Below are positions 55,634 to 64,000 of a stretch of DNA of 64,000 bases, in pieces; position 1 is the stretch's first letter; every line of letters starts with the position of its first letter. Source of the stretch: an uncultured Actinomycetes bacterium (GTDB lineage: Bacteria; Actinomycetota; Acidimicrobiia; IMCC26256; DASPTH01); assembly GCA_963705625.1 (NCBI GenBank), contig CAVPKG010000001.1, positions 3,790 through 67,789 of the forward strand, read 5' to 3'. The notes below the pieces were generated by a model that saw only the letters and a program-made list of their open reading frames with translations, searched no databases and was not told the origin of the DNA. The translations under genes and the position numbers were made by a program.

Positions 55634-56335
55634 ATGGGCGGAACGAAGGCCCTCGGGAGTCGCCTCGCGGCGGCTTCGCTCGTCATGACCGCGTTGGTGC
55701 TCGGCGCGGGAGCGTCGTCGGCATCGGCAGCCGCGCTTGTCGTGAAGGGCACGCTGCACGTCGAGTACGACGCCAATGGCACCTTCAACCAGGTCGATCA
55801 GGCGGGGAGCAACAAGACGACATCGCAGGCGAACGTCAACTGGGAGACGAGCTCCGACATCCCACTCCCAGGAAACGGTCAGTACCGCTACTCGAAGAAG
55901 AAGACGGGAACCATCACTGCATCCGCAACGCTCACGGCGGCCGGCGTCAACTGCACGGGTGACCTGTCGATCGCAAGCGCCAACGGGATCGAAAACGTCG
56001 GACAGTTCGAATTCGATTACGGCAAGAAGGGCCAGACCCTCACCAACCAGGGCACGTTGAAAGGTGTGAGCCCAGTGCCCGTCAACACCGGCTTCGTCGG
56101 TCAGTTCACCGACGCGAACGGTACGGGGTGCTCGGGCTACGAACCGGTCGTCAGCGTCGGCTCGTCGCCGGAGGAGACCGAGGGCACGATCGTGCTGAAG
56201 GTCGATCTCGACAAGCTCAACAAGAGCAAGTCGAAGTCGAAGACGTACACGGTGGGACTCACCAAGACCTACGACGCGTCCTACAAGACCGACGTGAGCT
56301 GGAACGGCACGGTCGTTGTCACCCTGAAGAAGTAG
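55634..56335 (+). CDS. secreted hypothetical protein, Lys/Thr/Asn-rich, compositionally atypical
   Basis: The signal peptide is ...LVMTALVLGAGASSASAAALV. The mature part is rich in K, T, N and S (KKKTGTITASATL, KLNKSKSKSKTYTV) and has many A/T-ending codons, unlike the neighbours. Confidence 0.6.
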   Translation: MGGTKALGSRLAAASLVMTALVLGAGASSASAAALVVKGTLHVEYDANGTFNQVDQAGSNKTTSQANVNWETSSDIPLPGNGQYRYSKKKTGTITASATLTAAGVNCTGDLSIASANGIENVGQFEFDYGKKGQTLTNQGTLKGVSPVPVNTGFVGQFTDANGTGCSGYEPVVSVGSSPEETEGTIVLKVDLDKLNKSKSKSKTYTVGLTKTYDASYKTDVSWNGTVVVTLKK

Positions 56336-57587
56336 GGCGCGACTCGGGCGGGATGATGATGCGGTTGCCGCGGTCCCACGTGAGGTAGTTCCACACCCAG
56401 TTCACGAACACCACGAGACGGTTGCGGAACCCCACGAGGAACACCAGGTGCAGGCCGAGCCAGCTCAACCACCCGAGCGTGCCACCGAGCCGGATCCCGA
56501 GTGGTAGCTCGGCGACGGCAGAACGTCGCCCGATCGTGGCCATCGTTCCCTTGTCGACGTAGCGGAAGCGCCGAGTCTTCCGACCCCGGATGCGTCTCGT
56601 GATCGTCCGCGCCACGTGCCGTGCCTGCTGCATCGCCACGGGCGCGAGCTGCGGATACCGACGGCCCCTTCGGTCGGTCGCGCCGGCCAGGTCGCCGATC
56701 ACGAAGACCTCGGGACGGGTCGGAACGCTGAGATCGTCGCCCACTTCGATCTCGCCGCGCCGGGTCTGCGGCAGTCCCAGCTGGTTCGCGAGCGGGTTGG
56801 CCTTCACGCCCGCGCACCAGATCACCACGCAACTGGCGATCCGCGTGCCGTCGGCGAGCGTGACCCCGTCGGAATCGACGGACGCGATCGGCGTGTCGAG
56901 CCGGATCTGCACGCCGCGCGCTTCCAGCTCGCGCACTGCCTCGGCCTGTGATCGCGCCGAGAAGGTGTTGAGGAGCGTGCCGGAGGCCTCGACGAGGACG
57001 ACCTCGGCACGATCGATGCCGAATGTGACGAAATCCTTGGCGAGCACCTTGGTGAACAATTCAGCGAGCGCGCCGCTGAGCTCCACTCCGGTTGGGCCGC
57101 CTCCCGCGACGACGACGCGGAGGATCCCGCGATCGATGAGCGCCGGATTCCGGTCGGCCGCTTCGAACTGGCGCAACACCGTGATACGTACGTGGATCGC
57201 GTCTGCGAGGGATTTCAGTGGCAGCGCGTGCTCGCGGACGCCCGGCACGCCGAAGTCGCCGCTGACCGCGCCGGCCGCGAGGACCAGGTAGTCGTACGCG
57301 ATCGGATCGCCGTCGGCGAGGACCACGCGACGGGCGTCGAAGTCGATACCGGTGACGCGACCCATGTGGAACTCGGCGTTGCGCTCTCGTCGGACGACGC
57401 CGCGCACGCTGGGCGCGATGTCGTCGGGCGCCACTCCCGCGGTCGCGACCTGGTAGAGCAAGGGCGAGAAGGTGTGGAAGTTGTGCTGGTCGATCAAGGT
57501 GACGTCCACCGGCTCGGCCCCGAGCGAGCGAACGGCGGTGAGCCCGCCGAACCCGGCACCGATGACCACGACGTGAGGCCGATCCAT
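56319..57587 (-). CDS. ndh: type II NADH dehydrogenase (NAD(P)/FAD-dependent oxidoreductase)
   Basis: MDRPHVVVIGAGFGGL, VVVAGGGPTGVELSG and VFVIGDLA are present, with a C-terminal membrane-anchoring helix. This is the last 422 codons of ORF 56319..58289. Confidence 0.85.
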   Translation of the reverse strand: MDRPHVVVIGAGFGGLTAVRSLGAEPVDVTLIDQHNFHTFSPLLYQVATAGVAPDDIAPSVRGVVRRERNAEFHMGRVTGIDFDARRVVLADGDPIAYDYLVLAAGAVSGDFGVPGVREHALPLKSLADAIHVRITVLRQFEAADRNPALIDRGILRVVVAGGGPTGVELSGALAELFTKVLAKDFVTFGIDRAEVVLVEASGTLLNTFSARSQAEAVRELEARGVQIRLDTPIASVDSDGVTLADGTRIASCVVIWCAGVKANPLANQLGLPQTRRGEIEVGDDLSVPTRPEVFVIGDLAGATDRRGRRYPQLAPVAMQQARHVARTITRRIRGRKTRRFRYVDKGTMATIGRRSAVAELPLGIRLGGTLGWLSWLGLHLVFLVGFRNRLVVFVNWVWNYLTWDRGNRIIIPPESRPTSSG

Positions 57588-57641
57588 AGCCGAAGTATTC
57601 CCCGCGTCGGTACACGGAATAGCCTTCGAGAAAAGGTGACG

Positions 57642-59942
57642 ATGAACGATCGCAAGGAGCGCGTCATGGCGGAGAGCGTCGGGCCCACCACGCCCACCGA
57701 GCTCGTCGAGGCGGTGTACGCACGGTTTCCCAAGGCGTTGGGCGACGCCCGCCGGCGCCTCGGGCGTCCGCTGACCTTTGCCGAAAAGGTGTTGTTCGCC
57801 CACGCCGACGACCCTGCAACCGTCGGCATCGAACGTGGCGTCGACTACGCCGACTACCGCCCCGACCGGGTGGCGATGCAAGACGCCACCGCGCAGATGA
57901 CGATGCTCCAGTTCATGACCGCGGGGCTGCCACGCGTGCAAGTGCCCACCACGATCCATTGCGACCACCTCATCCAGGCTCGCGTGGGCGCCGACATCGA
58001 TCTCCGCAGCGCGCTCGACGTGAACTCCGAGGTCTACGAGTTCCTCCGTACGGTGTCGGCGAAGTACGGCGCCGGGTTCTGGAAGCCGGGCTCCGGCATC
58101 ATCCACCAGGTCGTGCTCGAGCAATACGCGTTCCCGGGCGGGATGATGATCGGCGCCGACAGCCACACGCCCAACGCCGGTGGCCTCGGCATGGTCGCCA
58201 TCGGTGTAGGCGGCGCCGATGTGGTCGACGTGATGGCCGGCTGGCCGTTCAACACGCGCGTCCCGCGGGTCATCGGCGTACATCTCCACGGGGAGCTGTC
58301 AGGCTGGGCCGCGTCGAAGGACATCATCCTCAAGGTCGCCGGCATCCTCACCGTGAAGGGCGGTACCGGCGCGATCGTCGAGTACTTCGGCGAGGGGGCG
58401 GAGTCGATCTCGGCGACGGGCAAGGCCACCATCTGCAACATGGGCGCGGAGATCGGAGCGACCTGCTCGCTGTTCGGCTACGACGCGCAGTCGGCCGCGT
58501 ACCTGAAGGCCACTGGACGCGAGGCGATCGCCGATCTGGCCGACACGCACGCCGAGCACCTCCGCATCGACAAAGAAGTGGTCGCCGATCCCGAGCGGTT
58601 CTTCGACCGCGTGATCGACATCGACCTCGACGAGCTCGGGCCTCACCTCGTGGGTCCGCACACGCCGGACCTCGATCGTCCGATCGCCGACGTCGGCAAG
58701 GCCGCGCACGAGGAGGACTACCCGGTCAACATCCGGTACACGCTCGTCGGTTCGTGCACGAACTCTTCGTACGAAGACATCGGACGCGCCGCCCACGTTG
58801 CCCGGCAGGCGCACGCGGCGGGACTCACCGTGAAGGCGCCGCTCCTCATCACGCCGGGATCGGAGCAGGTGCGCGCGACGATTCAGCGCGACGGCCTCCT
58901 CGACGACCTCGAAGCGATCGGCGCCACCGTGCTCGCGAACGCGTGTGGCCCCTGCATCGGCCAGTGGCAGCGCGACGACATCGAAAAGGGTGAACGCAAC
59001 ACGATTGTGTCGTCGTTCAACCGCAATTTCCCCGCGCGGAACGACGGCAACGCCGCGACACTGTCGTTCATCGGCTCGCCCGAGACCGTCACCGCGATGG
59101 CGTTGACGGGACGGCTCGATGTCGACTTCGTGCACGAGCCGCTGGAGGCGCCCGACGGTACGAAGGTGCTGCTCGAGCCGCCGGTAGCCGACCAGCTGCC
59201 GACGAAGGGATTCGACCCCGGCGAGTCCGGCTTCGTCGCACCCGCCGACGACCCCACCACCGTCGAGGTGATCGTCGAACCCGATTCCGAACGGCTCGAG
59301 CTGCTCGAACCGTTCCCCGCGTGGAACGGGCGTGATCTCACCGGTGTGCGAGTGCTGGCGAAGACGGTCGGCAAGACCACCACCGACCACATCTCGCCGG
59401 CCGGCCCCTGGCTGCGATACCGGGGCCACCTCACCAACATCTCCGGCAACCTGTTCAGCGGGGTGAACAACGCGTTCGCGCTCGATGCGCCCGGCATGGG
59501 CATCGACGCGCGCGACGGATCCGTGAAGCCGTTGCCCGACCTTGCCCGCGAGTACAAGAAGGCCGGCATCCAGTGGATCGTCGTCGGCGACGAGAACTAC
59601 GGCGAGGGATCGTCGCGTGAGCACGCAGCGATGGAGCCGCGCTTCATGAACGGCGTGGCCACCATCGCACGGTCGTTCGCCCGCATCGCGGAAGTGAACC
59701 TCAAGAAGCAGGGCATGCTCGCGCTCACGTTCACGAACGCCGACGACTACGAGCGCGTGCTCGTCGACGACGTCGTCGACATCGTCGGCCTCACCGACCT
59801 CGCGCCGGGCAAGTCGGTGAAGGTCGTGCTCCACCACGCCAACGGCACCACCGACCAGATCACGACCGCGCACACCATGTCCGACGAGCACATCGCCTGG
59901 TTCCGCGCCGGCTCGTCACTCAACGTGCTCCGCGGAGGTTGA
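57642..59942 (+). CDS. acn: aconitate hydratase, mitochondrial-type (~766 aa)
   Basis: LTFAEKVLFAHADDP..., DRVAMQDATAQMTMLQF, GSGIIHQVVLEQYAFPGGMMIGADSHTPNAGGLG, GSCTNSSYEDIGRAA, ANACGPCIGQW and GDENYGEGSSREHAA are present. The gene is intact. ORF 57192 upstream of 57642 is antisense to ndh. Confidence 0.9.
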   Translation: MNDRKERVMAESVGPTTPTELVEAVYARFPKALGDARRRLGRPLTFAEKVLFAHADDPATVGIERGVDYADYRPDRVAMQDATAQMTMLQFMTAGLPRVQVPTTIHCDHLIQARVGADIDLRSALDVNSEVYEFLRTVSAKYGAGFWKPGSGIIHQVVLEQYAFPGGMMIGADSHTPNAGGLGMVAIGVGGADVVDVMAGWPFNTRVPRVIGVHLHGELSGWAASKDIILKVAGILTVKGGTGAIVEYFGEGAESISATGKATICNMGAEIGATCSLFGYDAQSAAYLKATGREAIADLADTHAEHLRIDKEVVADPERFFDRVIDIDLDELGPHLVGPHTPDLDRPIADVGKAAHEEDYPVNIRYTLVGSCTNSSYEDIGRAAHVARQAHAAGLTVKAPLLITPGSEQVRATIQRDGLLDDLEAIGATVLANACGPCIGQWQRDDIEKGERNTIVSSFNRNFPARNDGNAATLSFIGSPETVTAMALTGRLDVDFVHEPLEAPDGTKVLLEPPVADQLPTKGFDPGESGFVAPADDPTTVEVIVEPDSERLELLEPFPAWNGRDLTGVRVLAKTVGKTTTDHISPAGPWLRYRGHLTNISGNLFSGVNNAFALDAPGMGIDARDGSVKPLPDLAREYKKAGIQWIVVGDENYGEGSSREHAAMEPRFMNGVATIARSFARIAEVNLKKQGMLALTFTNADDYERVLVDDVVDIVGLTDLAPGKSVKVVLHHANGTTDQITTAHTMSDEHIAWFRAGSSLNVLRGG

Positions 59943-59996
59943 GCACGTCGACGTCGTAGGGCTCGAAGGCTCCTGAGTCCGATGAACTAGGGTGAA

Positions 59997-60560
59997 ATGG
60001 TACATATCGTACTCTTCGACCTCGACGGGGTGGTCCGCCGGTTCCCGGGAAGCGCAGGCTGGCCGGAGGTACCGCCGGTTGCCTTCGCGCCGGGGCTCCT
60101 CGACGAGGCCGTCACCGGGAGGATCACCGACGAGGAGTGGCGGGCCGAGGTGTTGCGACGGCTCGGGAAGGAGTCGGCCGCGGCGGTGGCGGCGTGGTCG
60201 GAGTCGTGCGGTGAGGTGAACGACGCGGTGCTGCAGCTCGCACGGGAGGTTCGAGCGCGGACACCGGTCGGGCTCTTGACGAACGGAACGACGCGCCTGG
60301 GGGCCGACCTCGCTCGGCTGGGCATCGGCGACGAGTTCGACGTGATCTTCAACTCGGCCGACCTCGGGGTCGCGAAGCCCGATCCCGGGGTGTACGAGCT
60401 CGTGTGCGCGAGGCTCGACGTCCCACCGCACTCGGTGTTCTTCGTCGACGACTCACCCGGGCACGTGGACACCGCGCGTGAAGTGGGGCTCCGGGCGGTG
60501 CTGTTCGTCGACGCCGTGCTACTTGCCGACTCGCTGCGCGCCGAGGGTCTTCTCGCCTAG
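59997..60560 (+). CDS. HAD family hydrolase
   Basis: IVLFDLDGVV, LLTNGT, and KPDPGVYE...FFVDDS are present. Confidence 0.8.
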   Translation: MVHIVLFDLDGVVRRFPGSAGWPEVPPVAFAPGLLDEAVTGRITDEEWRAEVLRRLGKESAAAVAAWSESCGEVNDAVLQLAREVRARTPVGLLTNGTTRLGADLARLGIGDEFDVIFNSADLGVAKPDPGVYELVCARLDVPPHSVFFVDDSPGHVDTAREVGLRAVLFVDAVLLADSLRAEGLLA

Positions 60561-60644
60561 CCGCCGGCCTCGTTTGGGATGGTGGGTACGGCGGCTCCCG
60601 GAGTGAAGCACCGGTCGTACCGCGTGCGCAGAACGGCCGGCCGG

Positions 60645-61062
60645 CTACTTCTTCCCGACGCGCTCGAGCTCGATCACCGGGATCTTGCGCGTCGTCTTCG
60701 TCTGGTATTCGCCGAACTGGGGGAACCGCTCTGCGATGCGCGCGTACAGCTCGTCGTGTGCGTCGTCGGGCACGACGGAAGCCGTGGCGTCGTAGCGCTC
60801 ACCGCTGTGCTCGACGGTGACGGTCGGGTTGGCGACGAGGTTGTGGAACCACGCCGGATGCGAGGGCGCGCCGCCCTTGGACAGCGATCACATAGATGCG
60901 ACCGTCGTCGTCGAACACGGCGAGGGGCGTGGTGTGCTTGCGCCCCGTCTTCGCCCCGGTGGTCGTGAGCAGGAGGAGCGACGCCGGCCCGAAGTCGAGC
61001 CGGCCGCCGTTCGCGCGGAACTGCTCGATCATCTGTTGGTTGAAGTCGTTGGTTTGGGTCAT
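60645..61062 (-). CDS. deazaflavin (F420H2)-dependent oxidoreductase, DDN/nitroreductase family; frameshift near 60885
   Basis: MTQTNDFNQQMIEQFRANGGRL...LLLLTTTGAKTGRKHTTPLAVFDDDGRIYVIA is in ORF 60799..61629. SKGGAPSHPAWFHNLVANPTVTVE...ARIAERFPQFGEYQTKTTRKIPVIEL ends at TAG 60647..60645. ATG 61062 overlaps the radical SAM stop (ATGA). Confidence 0.75.
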
Positions 61063-62393
61063 CTGGTGACTGCCCTCAGCTGATTGTCGGTTGGTTCCGC
61101 GCAGCAGAACCAGCTTTCGGTGAGACGGGGCCGATCGGTGTTGCAGCGCGCGAGGTCGACGGGCGCGATGCCGGCCGCGGCCCGCACGCGCGCGTACGTC
61201 GCGGTGATCGCCTCGCCCCGCTCGACATTCTCTTCGACGAGTAGCGCGAGCTCGCGCTGGAGCCCGTCCATCCGGGGATCCGCGGACGTCCACTCGTAGG
61301 TGAGTCGCGCCGGATCCCACGGGCCGAGGTGCGGCGCGAGATCGGGGTGCCCCAGAAGGAGCGAGTCCGCGGGCAGCAGCAGCCGGATCGTGTACTGCAC
61401 GGGATCGACGCTGCCCACCAGATCGTTGTGGTACACGAAGTCGAGCAGCGCGGCGATGTCGGCGCGGGTGGTCCACGGCGTGAACGGCAGGAACGACGGC
61501 CGCACGTCGATGCCGTGCGCGCGCAGCAACGTGACCGCTTCCGTCTCGTCGGCTGCGGTGTGACCCTTGTCGAGGCGTTCGAGCGTTGCGTCGTTCAACG
61601 ACTCGAACGCGGAGACCAAGAAGATGCATCCCAACTCGTGGAGCTCGCCGAGGAGATCCCGGTGCTGGAGCACGTGCTCGACCTTGACCGTGCAGTCGAA
61701 CGTCAACATCGGGAACCGGTCGTGCAGGGCGCGCACGACGCGCATCGAATGCTGCGGCGCGTTGAGGAAGTCAGGATCGCCGAAGGTGATGTGCTGCGCC
61801 CCGGCGTGAACGAGCTGCTCGACGTCGGCCAGCACCGCGGGCTCGTCGGCGACGCGTACCCGGCCGTCGTAGACGACGGGAACCGGGCAGTGCCGGCATC
61901 GGTGGGTGCAACCACGGCTCGCTTCGACCGAACCCACCAGCCGCAGCTCGCTACCGATCGCGAGTTGCACGTAGCGGTCGAGGGCCGGGAGCAGATACCG
62001 CGCGGGGATCCGGCTGATCGGCGTTGGCGTGGGCCGCCCCAACTGCACCGGTTCGGCGATGGGCTCGCCTTCTACCCACCCAACGAGTGCGTCTTCGTAT
62101 TCTCCCGCGATCACGGCGTCGGCCACATCGGCGCACATACCGGCGTAGAGCCCGTAGCAGCACACCGGCCGGTCGACGGTGGTCGCGAGCTCCCGCGCCA
62201 ACCTCGTGGCGGTATGCATCGGCACGGAGAACGCCACCTGCTCGGCCCACTCGGCGAGCGCAGGATCCCACGGGTCGATCGACGTGTCGAGGACGCGGAC
62301 GTCGTGCCCTCGTTCGAGCAGGCGCGCGGCCGGGCCGGCGAGGTTGCCGGGTTGCTGGCCCAGCTCGTAGGTGGCGACGAGAAGCACGCGCAC
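61059..62393 (-). CDS. CUAEP/CCAEP-tail radical SAM protein (B12-binding-like N-domain + radical SAM core)
   Basis: ORF 61059..62393(-) is intact. The radical SAM cluster reads SRGCTHRCRHCPV. The C-terminal tail is ESWFCCAEPTDNQL, the Cys version of the CUAEP motif. Confidence 0.85.
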   Translation of the reverse strand: MRVLLVATYELGQQPGNLAGPAARLLERGHDVRVLDTSIDPWDPALAEWAEQVAFSVPMHTATRLARELATTVDRPVCCYGLYAGMCADVADAVIAGEYEDALVGWVEGEPIAEPVQLGRPTPTPISRIPARYLLPALDRYVQLAIGSELRLVGSVEASRGCTHRCRHCPVPVVYDGRVRVADEPAVLADVEQLVHAGAQHITFGDPDFLNAPQHSMRVVRALHDRFPMLTFDCTVKVEHVLQHRDLLGELHELGCIFLVSAFESLNDATLERLDKGHTAADETEAVTLLRAHGIDVRPSFLPFTPWTTRADIAALLDFVYHNDLVGSVDPVQYTIRLLLPADSLLLGHPDLAPHLGPWDPARLTYEWTSADPRMDGLQRELALLVEENVERGEAITATYARVRAAAGIAPVDLARCNTDRPRLTESWFCCAEPTDNQLRAVTR

Positions 62394-62399
62394 GATGAC

Positions 62400-63048
62400 T
62401 CAGGCTCCGCGCGGGCGGATGTGATAGGCGCAGCGCCGGCCTTCTGTGAGGAGGTGTTCGGTTCGCTCGACGGTGACGTCGTCACCGAGCGCATCGCCGA
62501 ACAACCGCAACTCTGCGCTGCAGAACCCGAGGCACGACTTCGCCGCGTCGCAGATCGGGCAGTGGTGTTCGATCAGGAGGTATCCGTCGTCGTCGGCGAC
62601 GATCTCGGCCATGTAGCCCTCCGCCGTGCGCTGCGCGGCGAGCGCGTCGACGCCGCGTCCGCAGCGACGATCCCGAGCCGCGGAGGACGTCGCGGTACGC
62701 GCGGAGCTGCTCGTCGGTCCGTGCGTCGATCACCAGCGTGAGCCCGTCCTCGCCGAGTGCCTCGCGGATCGCGTCGACGAGCTGCACGGTGAGCTCGCCG
62801 TGGCGATCGGGGAACAGGCGATGACCGACGTCGGTGAGGGACCAGCGCGCCGCCGGCCGCCCCGGTCGTTCCGCCGCGGTCGCGTTGGCGGCGACGACGC
62901 CCTCGGCCTCCAGCGCGGCGAGGTGCTGGCGCACGGCGGCTTCGGTGAGGCCGAGCTCGACCGCCAGGCCGGCCGCGGTGGCAGGTTCCTCGAGCTTGAG
63001 GATCTCGAGCACCCGTTGGCGCGCCGGGGTGATGCGGACGTCGGTCAC
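62400..63048 (-). CDS. SufR-like HTH regulator with C-terminal Cys-rich (Fe-S type) sensor domain; frameshift near 62655
   Basis: The winged HTH ARQRVLEILKLEEPATAAGLAVELGLTEAAVRQHLAALEAEGVV is in ORF 62482..63048. The C-terminus VDALAAQRTAEGYMAEIVADDDGYLLIEHHCPICDAAKSCLGFCSAELRLF...RCAYHI is in ORF 62400..62612. Confidence 0.7.
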
Positions 63049-63161
63049 GGCACGGAGGGTATCGCGTTTCGCAAGGATTCCCTTGACAAACTCGGTTCGA
63101 CGGGGGCAGAGTATCGCAAGTACTGGCTTCCGTTATTTGACCGTCCCGGCATGGAGGCAGC

Positions 63162-64000
63162 ATGAGCGTGCACGCGGGATCGTTGGAGGAGCTGCCGGAA
63201 GACCGGGCAGCTCCTCACCAAGGTCGGCTCGCTGCCGGTCGTGGTGTTCTGGGACGACGATCGCGCGTACGCGATCGAGGACCGGTGCCCGCACATGGGC
63301 TTCCCGCTGCACCAGGGCACGGTCGAATGCGGGCTCGTCACGTGTCACTGGCACAACGCGCGCTTCGATCTCGCGAGCGGCTGCACGCTCGATCCGTTCG
63401 CGGACGACGCACGCGGCTTCGACGTCACCATCGACGGTGACGACGTCCTCGTCGACGCGCGCGACACCGGCGATCCCGTGCCGCACCTTCGCCGCCGACT
63501 GGAGCAGGGACTCGAAGACGGCCTCACGCTGGTGATGGCGAAGTCGGTTCTCGGTCTCCTCGAAGCCGGCGTTCCGCCGTCCGACATCGTGCGTGTCGGG
63601 CTCGACTTCGGCACGCGCTACCGGGAGGGTGGTTGGGGCGCCGGGCTCACGGTGCTCGTGGCGATGGCCAACCTGCTTCCGCACCTCGACGATGCCGACC
63701 GCGCGCTCGCGCTCACGCACGGCCTCGTGTTCGTGGCGCGCGACACGCAGCAACCAGCCGCCGCGCTTCCCGCTCGACCCGCTCGACGACGGCGTCGATG
63801 CGGCGCGTCTCGGCGAGTGGTACCGCCGGTTCGTGGAGACCCGATCGTCCGACGCGGCGGAGCGCTCGCTCGCCACCGCGATCGCGTCCGGGCGCGGCGC
63901 GACGAGGTCGAGAGATGATGTTCGCGGCGGTCACCGACCACGTGTTCATCGACGGCGGGCACACCATCGACTTCACGAACAAGGCGTTCGAGGCGCTCGG
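63162..64000 (+). CDS. Rieske (2Fe-2S) domain protein fused to an uncharacterised helical domain; >=3 frame switches; 3' end outside the window
   Basis: MSVHAGSLEELPEDRA is in ORF 63162. VVFWDDDRAYAIEDRCPHMGFPLHQGTVECGLVTCHWHNARFDLASG (CxH...CxxH) is in ORF 63241..63918. Later segments PRFPLDPLDDGVDAARLGEWYRRFVE and MMFAAVTDHVFIDGGHTIDFTNKAFEAL are in other frames. Confidence 0.65.

Noticed and set aside
57192-57641. Upstream extension of the aconitase ORF (916 aa)
   Set aside because: The first 150 codons are the antisense of the ndh 5' region and have no aconitase homology. Homology and a plausible start (ATG 57642, AAAGG upstream) begin after the ndh start.
61059-61110. Possible selenocysteine in the radical SAM tail (CUAEP family)
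   Set aside because: The tail reads CCAEP with two Cys codons and has no in-frame TGA. This member is the Cys form, so no SECIS search is warranted here.

Overview
This 64-kb window is not one homogeneous locus. Positions 1 to ~4.7 kb are moderate-GC, proteobacterial-type DNA. They hold an edge-truncated Bug/TctC binding protein, a Vgb-like lyase and a run of gene fragments (dienelactone hydrolase, exonuclease, IS66 transposase, IorB-type molybdoenzyme). A small terminase-like HTH gene there is bracketed by a 72-nt repeat. From ~4.8 kb onward the DNA is very GC-rich, GC3-saturated, actinobacterial-type chromosome carrying metabolic and envelope genes. Recognisable units include a cNMP-domain ABC exporter pair, an OmpR/HisKA two-component pair, and a TPP-riboswitch-controlled thiamine salvage operon (thiN-thiBPQ). 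There are also CoxM/CoxS-like subunits without a large subunit, tandem HD-GYP-like membrane modules with a DUF5317 gene, and a complete translationally coupled System I cytochrome c maturation cluster (ccmABCDEFGH plus a TPR CcmI-like gene). The remaining units are ndh, a mitochondrial-type aconitase, and a SufR-like / CCAEP-tail radical SAM / deazaflavin-oxidoreductase operon facing a Rieske-fusion gene. Three sequence-level signals stand out. First, a dispersed REP/MITE-like palindromic element family shows compensatory stem changes and flanking direct repeats, and includes a 7-copy tandem array filling the rrf2 promoter region. Second, a 68-bp tandem repeat re-duplicates the 3' end of a flavin reductase gene. 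Third, a clustered epidemic of +/-1 frame switches affects about 20 genes, most likely homopolymer indel errors. I found no rRNA, tRNA or CRISPR, and no clear defence system. Internal start coordinates were derived from the supplied ORF track; non-coding coordinates may be off by 1-2 nt.
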